55,903 nt of DNA from Candidatus Krumholzibacteriales bacterium (GTDB taxonomy: Bacteria; Krumholzibacteriota; Krumholzibacteriia; Krumholzibacteriales; WJIX01): contig JAWODM010000065.1 of assembly GCA_046483305.1 (NCBI GenBank), positions 1 through 55,903 on the forward strand, written 5' to 3'. Shown in pieces: positions 7,802 through 17,201 of the stretch. Below the pieces are notes generated by a model, which saw nothing but the letters and a program-made list of their open reading frames with translations, was not told where the DNA came from and made no database searches. The stretch's first letter is position 1. Each line of letters starts with the position of its first letter. Made by a program: the position numbers and the translations under genes.

Positions 7802-10800
7802 TTGAAATCGGGTATGAGTGCATTCGGGAAGAGGACTGTATCTGTACTCTTTTTCTCTCTGGCAGTCCTGCTCTTAAAATATGGAGTTTTGTCCGCCCGG
7901 GTGGATAATGTGAGGTCCTCGCCCGGCAGAGTGACTTTCGATATAGTAACAGGCCGGCCGGAACTTAGGGAAACCGGCGATGGGGCGGTCAGGATAACGC
8001 TTGAAGGGTACGGTACATTCTCCCCGCCCGGAGCACCTGAGCTTCCCGGCAGGATATTCAATGTGGCGGTTCCGCCGGAGGGGGAACCTTCCGTCAGGGC
8101 TGAGGTCCTTTCCAGGCAGCGGCTGGGGAATATCAGGCCGGCCCCGAGGAGAGGGAGCAGGCTCCGCAGGGGAGAGGATGATATCCCGGTTACCGAAACA
8201 TATCTTCCCGGGGCCAATCCCTGGGAGGGCAGGGGGCTTCCCCCGGTCGTTTCAGTGGGGAGAGGGAGTTTCATGGGGAGAGTAATGGTGCTCCCGGTCC
8301 GGGTAATTCCGGTGGGAAGGGGCCCGGATGGTTACTGGATAGCAAGAAAGATCCGGGTGACCATCGATTTTCCTGAATCGGAGGAGAAGTCTGACAGAGC
8401 GCCGGCTGAAGAATGGAATAATATATACAGGAAGGTTCTGGTTAATCCCGGTGATGTATCAAAATACAGCAGAAAAGTACAGAGGCCGGAGATCAGGGTG
8501 AGCAGCCCCGGCCAGAGCGGAAGGTCTCTGAGGATAAGGATCCCGGAGACCGGATTGTATGTTCTGGGAGCGGATTCTCTGAACAGCATCATGGGCGGAG
8601 GCCCGCTGGCAACCGGCCAGTTCGCGCTGAAGAGGTACTACTACGATGAATCGGAGCCGGGCCTTTACCGTGAGAGGGATATCCCCATGGCAGTGATAAA
8701 GGGGGAGAATTCGTCCTCGGAGTATTTCGAAGAGGATGACCTTCTCTATTTCCATGCCGAGGGGATAAGGGACGATCCGGCGGCTGGAGATACCATAGCG
8801 GCCTTTACCGGAGACCACGTGGTATGGCTGGAGGAGAACCGGTTCGGAGAGATGATGATCGAGGGGAGCGGGATTGAACCGGGGGGAATGCCCGCCGAAA
8901 GCTCTTGCAATTCGTTAGTGCATGTGAGAAGGGATACATACTACAAGAAGAAGATTAAGTCGGGAGCCAGAGATTATTATTTTGCCGCCGTGCCCGGCGA
9001 GAACAGCGTTTCATCTTCTTTTTTCTGCAGGGACGTCTATTTTGAGGGAGATTTTACTTTGACTGTCTCTCTCAGGGGGGTCTATGAGTCGGATAACAAG
9101 AACCTGACCTTCGAGATACGGAATTCCAGGGGCAGTTTTGAGATAGGCTCCGGAACCCTGCTCGGTGAAGAGGTTAAGGGCTTCGTGTTCGGCTCTCTTC
9201 CGTCAGATTCCCTGGCTGAAGGAGAGAATACCCTGGTCATCTCGAGCCAGAGCACGGAGTTTCCGGTTCTTATTAATTACTTCTCGGTGGAGTACTCCAG
9301 AATCATGAATATCGGGGACGGGATACTCGAATTCACCCTGGAAAGTTCCCCCGATTCGATTATGATAACCGGTTTCAGCGAGCCGGAGGGTTACCTGGCC
9401 GAAATAACCGGCCAGACAGGGCACACCATTTATACCCTGACCCCGGAGATGTTCTCCCCGTCGGGAAATGAATATACCCTGTCCATAAAATTTCCTCAGC
9501 CGGCAACCGGAAGGTATGCTGTTTTCGAGAAGGGGGCCGGAAGGCATATCTACAACAGGTGGATTACCGAGGATGCCGCCTCTGATATTAAGACCAGGAC
9601 CGGGCCCTACAATACTCTGATAATCGCCCACAGCGATTTTCTCCCTCCCGCAACTGACGCTGTATCTGAATACGTTTCCTGGCGGGAGCAGCAGGGATAC
9701 AGAATCCTGACCGCCGACGTGCAGGATGTGTACGACGAGTTCAACGGGGGGCTTCCCTCCTGCAGCGCCATAAAGAGATTTATAAAATACGGTTACCTTA
9801 ACTGGGGAGTTGAATTCGTCATGCTGGTCGGCGATGCAAGCGAGGACCACAAGCGCCTTTATGCCGGCAGTGCCGGTTCGGGGCCCGACTTTGTCCCCTC
9901 CTATACCTACGCCATGAGGATGGACGCGATAGGTTACGACGATGAAGTTGTAGCCACGGACAAGTGGTACGCTTTCATCGACGATGACCTGCCCTTCGGC
10001 TCGCCCAGCCGGGAAAAGGTTTTCGACGCGGTTAATCAGGCCGGGAGCGATATCAGGCTGCCGGCGGCTCCATACCCCGATCTCTTTGTGGGAAGAGTGC
10101 CGGTCAGCAATGATATAGAAGCGAGCAGGGTTTTCCTGAAAATGCGAAGGTACGAGGAGGAAACCGCTAACGGCCAATGGAGAAGAAATCTCATTCTCTT
10201 TGCGGATGATGCCTGGTCCGGAAGTACCGCCGATTACTATTACCGCCCCTCCGAGGAGAATTTCCAGGGCAGTATGGAGCTGACCGCCTCTCAGCTCGAA
10301 TCGTTCTTTCCGGGAGGAATTAATATAGAGAGGCTATACCTTTCCAGATGGAATAACGACATCCATACCGGCACCACCCCGGCAGAAAACAGGAGTATCG
10401 CCATAGACTCAACCAGGGAATACTTCAATCCGTACCTTATTGACCGCCTCAACGAGGGCGCCCTGTTCTTCGCTTTCCAGGGGCACGCCAGCAGGGTGCA
10501 CATGACTACCGAATCTGGATTCTCCATGTTCACGCGCTATTCCGACGTGGGAAAGCTGTTCAGCAACAGAAACCATATCTATGTGGGCCTGGGCTGCCAT
10601 ATCAGCGAATTCGCGCTGGTGAAAGAACTGAATCAGGCCTCTATCGCGGGGCCGGGTGGGGACTGTATAACAGAGCACCTCATGAACAGGAGCGGGGCCG
10701 GTTCGGTGGGCGCTTACGCAAGCAGCGCTTACGAGGATCTGATAAAGAACAACAGGTTGTGCGAGACAATATTTGAAGTTATCTACACCAGCCCCCCTTC

Positions 10801-11908
10801 GGATACAATGCCTCCGGGATATGATCTGACCGGTGCCCGCTGGATACTGGGAGAGCTGTTTACGGAGGCGGAGATCGAGCATATAAATACCAGGAGTTAC
10901 GGGGCGGAACAGAGTTTCCGGCATGTTCTCTTTGGAGATCCCATGCTCAATATCGATTCAGGCCCTCCGGTAATGAAAGCCCAGGCCGACTGGGGTTCGG
11001 GGCTTGAGGACATCCCGGGCGATACCCTGGTTTCCCGGAGTTCCAGCAACAGATGTGATTTGAGATTTACCGCCAATGACCTTATAGCGCTGGGCGGCAT
11101 AACATTGAGCGTGAACGGCCGGGACTGGACGGACAGTCTTGAGATTGTTCCGGTAAACGACACCGGGCTGACCTATTCCAGGGGATACCGGGCCGGCCTG
11201 AACGGGTATCGTCTTGATTCTGAGCAGCGGGAACTCCTGTTTACGGTAGTCTCTACGGGGGGGGAAGCGCTCGGCACTAAGACCATCTATCTGGGGGAAA
11301 CCGCGGTCAGGCTGTTTTACATCAAGAACGGGCAGGAGATAGAGGTCTCGGGGCGGACTGAGGTGATGGAGGGGGGAGATTACAGGGTGCGGGCCGATTT
11401 CCCGGTGTACCTGCAGGCGCCGCCGAATGTGTCAATAGACGGATCGGAACTGTCAGATATACTCATGGTTCCGGTCCAGGGCGACTCTGCTGCCTGGGAA
11501 GGGTATTTTGAAAGGTCATTTTCGCCGGGAGAGCATGATATATCGGTTTCATCCGGAGATTTCAGCTCGAGCCTGGTATTTACGGTGGGATCGGAAGAGT
11601 TCACTTTCGATACTTTCTGTTTCCCCAACCCGTTTACCGGGGGAACCAATATATTCTTCACCCTGGCGGAAAGAGCCGGCCGGGGAAGGGTAAATATTTA
11701 CAACGTGAGCGGAACCCTGATCAGGAAGATTAATATTCCGGCGGACATGCTGGCAGCTTCTCCTTTCGACGACCCCGGGTCAGTCTACTGGGACGGCTCC
11801 GATATGGCGGGAAACAGGGTGGCAAACGGGACATACATTTATATAATCGAAGTTACCCTGCCCGGCAATACAGTTTCTCTGGAGGGTAAGATAGTGAAGC
11901 TGGAGTAA
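7802..11908 (+). CDS. C25 (gingipain/PorU-like) cysteine peptidase with N-terminal propeptide and FlgD/T9SS-type C-terminal domain
   Basis: PGAPELP propeptide; ETGLY; DVYDEFNGG; FVMLVGDAS; DLFVGRVP; His-Cys dyad FQGHA (CAC 10484) and LGCH (TGC 10595); LFGDP; CTD FPNPF...WDG...NGTYIY...KIVKLE. Confidence 0.9.
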   Translation: MKSGMSAFGKRTVSVLFFSLAVLLLKYGVLSARVDNVRSSPGRVTFDIVTGRPELRETGDGAVRITLEGYGTFSPPGAPELPGRIFNVAVPPEGEPSVRAEVLSRQRLGNIRPAPRRGSRLRRGEDDIPVTETYLPGANPWEGRGLPPVVSVGRGSFMGRVMVLPVRVIPVGRGPDGYWIARKIRVTIDFPESEEKSDRAPAEEWNNIYRKVLVNPGDVSKYSRKVQRPEIRVSSPGQSGRSLRIRIPETGLYVLGADSLNSIMGGGPLATGQFALKRYYYDESEPGLYRERDIPMAVIKGENSSSEYFEEDDLLYFHAEGIRDDPAAGDTIAAFTGDHVVWLEENRFGEMMIEGSGIEPGGMPAESSCNSLVHVRRDTYYKKKIKSGARDYYFAAVPGENSVSSSFFCRDVYFEGDFTLTVSLRGVYESDNKNLTFEIRNSRGSFEIGSGTLLGEEVKGFVFGSLPSDSLAEGENTLVISSQSTEFPVLINYFSVEYSRIMNIGDGILEFTLESSPDSIMITGFSEPEGYLAEITGQTGHTIYTLTPEMFSPSGNEYTLSIKFPQPATGRYAVFEKGAGRHIYNRWITEDAASDIKTRTGPYNTLIIAHSDFLPPATDAVSEYVSWREQQGYRILTADVQDVYDEFNGGLPSCSAIKRFIKYGYLNWGVEFVMLVGDASEDHKRLYAGSAGSGPDFVPSYTYAMRMDAIGYDDEVVATDKWYAFIDDDLPFGSPSREKVFDAVNQAGSDIRLPAAPYPDLFVGRVPVSNDIEASRVFLKMRRYEEETANGQWRRNLILFADDAWSGSTADYYYRPSEENFQGSMELTASQLESFFPGGINIERLYLSRWNNDIHTGTTPAENRSIAIDSTREYFNPYLIDRLNEGALFFAFQGHASRVHMTTESGFSMFTRYSDVGKLFSNRNHIYVGLGCHISEFALVKELNQASIAGPGGDCITEHLMNRSGAGSVGAYASSAYEDLIKNNRLCETIFEVIYTSPPSDTMPPGYDLTGARWILGELFTEAEIEHINTRSYGAEQSFRHVLFGDPMLNIDSGPPVMKAQADWGSGLEDIPGDTLVSRSSSNRCDLRFTANDLIALGGITLSVNGRDWTDSLEIVPVNDTGLTYSRGYRAGLNGYRLDSEQRELLFTVVSTGGEALGTKTIYLGETAVRLFYIKNGQEIEVSGRTEVMEGGDYRVRADFPVYLQAPPNVSIDGSELSDILMVPVQGDSAAWEGYFERSFSPGEHDISVSSGDFSSSLVFTVGSEEFTFDTFCFPNPFTGGTNIFFTLAERAGRGRVNIYNVSGTLIRKINIPADMLAASPFDDPGSVYWDGSDMAGNRVANGTYIYIIEVTLPGNTVSLEGKIVKLE

Positions 11909-12029
11909 ACCCTCTTCTAAAGCTGAATAAATATTCCTTGAAATATTTTCAGATCGGCCTGATAATTGGCTTGTAAGTGATTTCCTTCTCGGAGGTATGA
12001 TTGTTTTGAAAAATCTGGAAGGCCTGTAT

Positions 12030-12671
12030 ATGGCCGAATCGTTGCGGATAGCAGGTATAGAACCCGGGAATATTTCAGGGAAAGCGGGCGCTGTGGTCGC
12101 TCAGCTGGAGGGGAGCGGGGACAGCACGGTTTGCGATCTTATGTACTATACTTGCCGCTCAATGCCTGATGAATTGGCAGGGATGCTTAAATCTGCCGCG
12201 GGTAATAACAGCCTGGACGCCGAAGAACTGGCCGGGATCAATTTTCTTTTTCTTCATCATCTCAGCTCTCTCTACGGCCAGCTTTTTGAAGAGACCGATC
12301 TAAGCGGAGAAGATATCGATCTGGTGGGGCTTAAGTGCATGGAGGTTGGCGGGAAGGATTACCCTCTGGATCCGGCTGATTTCAGCGAGATGATAGGTAA
12401 TATAGTTATCAGCCGTTTCAGTATAGGTATGGGTGATTCTGATTTTTCGACCCTGCCGCTGGAGGAATCGATATTCAGGACTCTGGTTGCTGAAATGATT
12501 CAGGAATCTGATTTTGAGGATGAGGCGTATGAGGCAATCGGGGTGGCTCTGTTAGCCAATGAATCGTTCCGTAATCATAGTTGGAAATTCGAGGGAAAGC
12601 GGAGAGTGGATTCAGGCAGCGGCAGGGAGAAAGTGGTTTTTAACGGCGAGTTTTATCTTCCGTCCCGTTAG
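12030..12671 (+). CDS. Shortened, degenerate AnmK-like protein (anhydro-MurNAc kinase fold)
   Basis: Recognisable AnmK-like blocks (LRIAGIEPG, EDIDLVG, GNIVISRF, YEAIGVALLA) but GTSxDG and GSHGQT are absent; upstream of SpoIID and NagZ. Start could be 11997. Confidence 0.55.
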   Translation: MAESLRIAGIEPGNISGKAGAVVAQLEGSGDSTVCDLMYYTCRSMPDELAGMLKSAAGNNSLDAEELAGINFLFLHHLSSLYGQLFEETDLSGEDIDLVGLKCMEVGGKDYPLDPADFSEMIGNIVISRFSIGMGDSDFSTLPLEESIFRTLVAEMIQESDFEDEAYEAIGVALLANESFRNHSWKFEGKRRVDSGSGREKVVFNGEFYLPSR

Positions 12672-12728
12672 TCATTATCCCGTAAAGAGTTATATATTGT
12701 CATACAGAGAGCAGAAGGGAGAAACCGG

Positions 12729-14006
12729 GTGATTAAGTTCGCTAAGAAGGTTATTCCGTTGCTGGCGCTGCCCCTGGTGCTTCTCTACCAGTCATGCGCA
12801 AAGGAGACGGTGGTATACAGGAGGGTTCCTCCGTCACTGGAAAGAAGCGCCACTGAGTTAAGGGTTCTGGTCATTGAAAACGTGCCCGGAATTGAGATTT
12901 TCTCAGAGTATATGGTAGCGGCCGGTATCAGCAGCGGGTATGACCATCCGGAAGGGTTTACCGGCTCCGGAACGCTTCATGCCTCCTGCGGGAGCGGGCT
13001 GGTAAAGCTGGCCAGGGGAGGCAAGACCGTTCTGGAGACGGAGAGGATAATTCTCAAACCGGAACGCTCCGGTTTCATCAAACTGAACGGTACGGGGTAC
13101 AGGGGAAAGCTGGTTCTGACTACCGAAGGAGGAGGCGGGCTCTCAGCTGTAAATTATATAGAAGTGGATGATTATCTGAAGGGAGTCCTGCCGGCTGAGA
13201 TAGGTTACCTGAAGGGGAAGAATGCCGAAGCATACCGGGCTCAGGCGCTGGCTTCCAGGTCTTATGCCATCAGCAAGCTGGAGGAAACCAGAGGCAGGTA
13301 CTATGACCTGAAGGCAACCATAATGGACCAGGTGTACAAGGGAGTAGCCGGAGAATACCCACCGGCAAACAGGGCGGTTGAAGATACCCGGGGGCTGGTG
13401 ATAGTCTGGAAGGGGAATCCGGCAAGAGCCTATTATTCTTCATGCTGCGGTGGCCATACCGCTGATATCAGGACCAACTGGCCCTGGAAGGAGCATTACC
13501 CTTTCCTTCGCGGAGTGAGGGATTCGGATCAGGAGGGCAGAGAATCGTTCTGCCGCCGCTCCAGGCACTTCAGATGGCGGGTCCGCTGGTCCGGCGACGA
13601 TCTGATCGATATTCTGCGGGTAACCCTTCCCGGTATCTGCGGGGAAGAAGTCAAGCCATTCAGAAAGCTCATTGATATCGAATCGGGTGGGCATTCCCGC
13701 GACGGGAGAATAAAATCTCTGACCTTCAAGACAGATTCTGGAAGCTACAGAGTCGAGGGGGACCGTATCCGCTGGGTTCTCAGGCCTGATTCCCCCTCGG
13801 GAGCGATACTGAAGAGTACCCTGTTGAAAATAAGCGTTAACAGAGAAGCAGGTTCCGTATCAGAGCTGAAAGTGCTGGGAGGGGGAAATGGCCACGGGGT
13901 GGGAATGTGCCAGTCAGGAGCGATACAGATGTCCAGGGAAGGGTATACGGCCGGGGAGATAATCAGCCACTTCTATCCCGGTGTATCAATTGAAAAATGT
14001 TATTAA
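12729..14006 (+). CDS. SpoIID/LytB-domain lytic transglycosylase, probable lipoprotein
   Basis: YLKGVLPAEI, AQALASRSY, DQVYKG, YSSCCGGHT, GNGHGVGMCQSGA; lipobox-like YQSC. Confidence 0.92.
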   Translation: MIKFAKKVIPLLALPLVLLYQSCAKETVVYRRVPPSLERSATELRVLVIENVPGIEIFSEYMVAAGISSGYDHPEGFTGSGTLHASCGSGLVKLARGGKTVLETERIILKPERSGFIKLNGTGYRGKLVLTTEGGGGLSAVNYIEVDDYLKGVLPAEIGYLKGKNAEAYRAQALASRSYAISKLEETRGRYYDLKATIMDQVYKGVAGEYPPANRAVEDTRGLVIVWKGNPARAYYSSCCGGHTADIRTNWPWKEHYPFLRGVRDSDQEGRESFCRRSRHFRWRVRWSGDDLIDILRVTLPGICGEEVKPFRKLIDIESGGHSRDGRIKSLTFKTDSGSYRVEGDRIRWVLRPDSPSGAILKSTLLKISVNREAGSVSELKVLGGGNGHGVGMCQSGAIQMSREGYTAGEIISHFYPGVSIEKCY

Positions 14007-14036
14007 TTATCCAGCTTATCCCCGGTTGATGATTCA

Positions 14037-15572
14037 ATGAGCAAGTCCCTCAGGCAGAAATTATGGAAGCTTTCCGTGACCGGGCTGGATGGTCCCGTCC
14101 TGTCCGGCGAAGAGAGGAAACTGCTCTCAGAATCGCCGCCGGCTGGTATTATACTGTTCAGCAGGAATGTAACAGGCCTGAACCAGCTGATTTCACTCAC
14201 CACCGAATTGCGCCGGTTGATTCCGGATCTGTTGATAATGGCTGACCATGAAGGGGGTATAATATCGGTTCTGGCCGACGCGGCCGGAGTGCCACCCTCC
14301 CAGATGGCGGCGGGAAGCGCTGAGGACCGGGAATTAAGGGCTGAAGTATACCGGGAAACAGCCGGGAGGCTGAACTATTGCGGGATTAATACACTGCTGG
14401 GGCCGGTGGCTGACGTAAACACGGAGATTCTCAACCCGGTGATAGGAACCAGGGCCTTTCCCGGCCCGGCTTCCGGGGTGAGCGGCCTGGTGAAGGAAGC
14501 GGTTAGATATTACGGAGAGGAAGGAGTGATTACCTGCCTGAAGCATTTTCCGGGGCACGGGGGTACCGCCGCCGATTCTCATCTTACCCTTCCCCGGGTA
14601 CCGCCGCTGTCCAGCCCGGCGGGAAGGAACGCCCTGGAGCCCTTTGCCTCAGGTATCGAAGAGGGAGCCGAAATGGTGATGACAGGACATCTGAGAACCG
14701 GAGAAAGCCCTGTTCCGGCATCCATGGACAGAAAGGTTATCGGCTGCCTGAGGAACGAAATGGGATTCAGGGGGGTAGTGATTACGGATGCTCTGGAGAT
14801 GGGAGGGGCGGTGGAAAGGTCCGGAGGAATAGGCGGAAGTGTCAGTATATCTTCAGAGGCGCTGGTTGCGGGTAATGACCTTCTGCTTTATTCCGCTCCG
14901 GCCTGTTGCGCGTTCACCGCTCTGGGGCGTGAGTTGGAAGAGGCTGCTGAAGGTGTTATTCCCGCTATCCGCGGAATCGAAGAAACGGCCGCAAAGTCAC
15001 TGGAAAGAATATCCGGGCTGAAAGAAAGAGCGTTGATCAGAGACCCGGGCCCGAATGGAAGAGAGGGTTTTTCAGATGATCCATATATGAAAGCCGCAAC
15101 TGCCGCCTGCAGGGTTTATGGCGATATCAGCCCGGTTTCTGCTCCTTTCCGCTGCCGTTTTACGGGGGAAAGGTCCGATTTCCTTCTCCGCCCGGCGCAG
15201 CATTTCATAGCGGAAATCATGAATTCTATCGGATTCAGAGGAGCGGACAACCTCTCCTCTCCCGGCAGGGCCTCTTCCTTTCTTGAGGAAAACCTGGTAT
15301 CCAGCCGCCATTCGAAAGATCTTATGGAGCTCAGATTGGATCCCGGTGAAAGCGGGGGAGCTGATATTCTTTTTCAGCTATGCCGCAAACCGTCCGCCAG
15401 AATAGGAATTGAAGAGGCGGTCGGCCCCGGCGGCATAGTAGTGATTTCGGAATACCCACCGGAGCTGGAGATGATTCCGGAGGGAAGGGCGGTAATAGTC
15501 ACCCTTGGCACCTTCCCGGCGGCTGCCCGGGCGGTTTTGAAAATTATGAGCCTTGAAAGTAATCGGAGATAA
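14037..15572 (+). CDS. nagZ: GH3 beta-N-acetylglucosaminidase
   Basis: ILFSRN, DHEGG, KHFPGHGGTAADSH (NagZ signature), MTGH, ITDALEM. Confidence 0.88.
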   Translation: MSKSLRQKLWKLSVTGLDGPVLSGEERKLLSESPPAGIILFSRNVTGLNQLISLTTELRRLIPDLLIMADHEGGIISVLADAAGVPPSQMAAGSAEDRELRAEVYRETAGRLNYCGINTLLGPVADVNTEILNPVIGTRAFPGPASGVSGLVKEAVRYYGEEGVITCLKHFPGHGGTAADSHLTLPRVPPLSSPAGRNALEPFASGIEEGAEMVMTGHLRTGESPVPASMDRKVIGCLRNEMGFRGVVITDALEMGGAVERSGGIGGSVSISSEALVAGNDLLLYSAPACCAFTALGRELEEAAEGVIPAIRGIEETAAKSLERISGLKERALIRDPGPNGREGFSDDPYMKAATAACRVYGDISPVSAPFRCRFTGERSDFLLRPAQHFIAEIMNSIGFRGADNLSSPGRASSFLEENLVSSRHSKDLMELRLDPGESGGADILFQLCRKPSARIGIEEAVGPGGIVVISEYPPELEMIPEGRAVIVTLGTFPAAARAVLKIMSLESNRR

Positions 15573-15691
15573 CACTTTTCAATTGACTTGCCTCGGTTTC
15601 TATATTATTAATATATACTGAGACAGGGGACAGCCTGCCTCATATTTTGCTTTTACAGGTAAGTAATATTACCGCAGAATGTTATCTTTAT

Positions 15692-15766
15692 GGGGTCGTA
15701 GTTCAGTTTGGTTAGAACGCCGGCCTGTCACGCCGGAGGTCGCGAGTTCGAGTCTCGTCGGCCCCG
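15692..15766 (+). tRNA. tRNA-Asp (GTC), CCA not encoded
   Basis: Acceptor GGGGTCG/CGGCCCC with discriminator G; anticodon arm CCGGC-CTGTCAC-GCCGG; T-loop TTCGAGT. Confidence 0.97.
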
Positions 15767-15812
15767 TTTTATAATCCCGGGACGGTTATCCGGGACTGAC
15801 ATACGGGAAAAG

Positions 15813-15840
15813 AAAAAAGCGGGGCGTCTGCCCCGCTTTT
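15813..15840. terminator. Bidirectional intrinsic terminator between tRNA-Asp and the RRM gene
   Basis: AAAAAAGCGGGGC-GTCT-GCCCCGCTTTT. Confidence 0.85.
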
Positions 15841-15864
15841 CTTATGATCAACCTTTGTAAGTTT

Positions 15865-16119
15865 TTAGCGTCTTTTAGGCTTGGCGCTGTCAACTTTGAG
15901 GGTCCTGCCTTCGAGAGAACTTCCGTCCAATTCTTCGATAGCTTTTTCAGCATCCTCTTCGTTTTCCATCTCGACAAAACCGAATCCCCTGGAGCGGTTG
16001 GTAAATCTGTCTTTGATTACCTTGGCTGAGGCGATTTCGCCGTATTCCGCGAATACATTTTCAAGTTCCTGGTCGTCTGTTGAAAAAGGGAGGTTCCCCA
16101 CATAAATATTCTTTGCCAT
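15865..16119 (-). CDS. RRM (RNP-1) RNA-binding protein
   Basis: RNP2 IYVGNL; RNP1 RGFGFVEM. Confidence 0.95.
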   Translation of the reverse strand: MAKNIYVGNLPFSTDDQELENVFAEYGEIASAKVIKDRFTNRSRGFGFVEMENEEDAEKAIEELDGSSLEGRTLKVDSAKPKRR

Positions 16120-16456
16120 CTTTTCCTATTCCTTTCTGAAATTCATAAGATTATTTCTGATAATCTAAAAGCACTTATGCCTGTTACTTAATGAAGCACC
16201 TCCTTGTACCTGCTTGAACGAATACCTCTCCGGCCCTTCAATCCTGGCCTTCAGGGATGGAAGTTCGAACTCGAGCCAATGTCAAATCAGATTTTCCTGA
16301 ATAGAAAAGGCGGGAACCGAACTAAAACGGTATTCCTCGAAAAATTGTTTTCTGGTCTTCGCTATTTCTCCTTAACCCTGAACTGAGAGAAACAATTAAT
16401 CAAGTTTAATTATAAGGGAAAATCCGTTTTAATGCCAGACTTTTCTTATAAAAACC

Positions 16457-17188
16457 GTGCATTGGCGCAGGACGGTAAATCTGCGCAACCGGGTGGATTC
16501 CGGGAGCCGGGATGACTCGTTCAGCTTTTGGCCATTCTGCCCGGATCCATCCCCGGGGTCTGTTAATAGTCCTGGACAGGGTTTAATTATTGAAATCTTT
16601 GTCAGAGCTGCCGGAGATGGGCAGGATTCAGATCAGTGGCTGCGATGGGTTATCCCGGGTCTGATAAGTTTAATTCTCTTCGGATCTTATTACGTATATG
16701 ATGTTTTCAGCCCCATAAATGAATACATTCAGAATTCCATGAACACCGGGAACTCAAGGCGCGGCCTGCTGGTGGATAAAAAGGGCTGGAGGGGGCTGGT
16801 CATGATAACCGGCTCTCTTCTGCTTTTTCCGGCGCACCTGTTGCTGGGACTGACCGGAATACATCCTTCCGTCCCGTTCATACTGATGGGGATATCGTTC
16901 TCGCTGGTACCGGCCGCCCTCTGGCCTGCTGTTCCTGTCCTTATCGGGGAACAGTATCTGGGAACGGCATATGGGCTGATTGGATGGATACAGAATATCG
17001 GGCTGGCCCTGTTTCCCCGGATTGGCGGCAAACTGGTGGATGCAGCCGGAGGCAATGACTATACCTGCATGCAGATTATGTTCGCCTCTCTGGGGTTCGC
17101 CGGCCTGATTTTTTCATTACTGCTGAAGACAGTGGACAAACGCAGGGGACTGGGCCTGGAACTGCCGAGCAGCGAGGCGCATGGTTAA
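16457..17188 (+). pseudogene. MFS transporter (MFSD1-like) with large in-frame internal deletion
   Basis: TM1-like RWVIPGLISLILFGSYYVYDVFSP joins directly to C-terminal-half motifs (LVDKKG, FSLVPAALWP, LGTAYGL, IQNIGL); about 5 TM instead of 12. True start uncertain. Confidence 0.65.
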
Positions 17189-17201
17189 ATAATTCCTGCC
17201 C

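Noticed and set aside
15692..15766. tRNA-Asp as an integration site
   Set aside because: No integrase nearby, no duplicated tRNA 3' end noticed, and flanking genes look like backbone.
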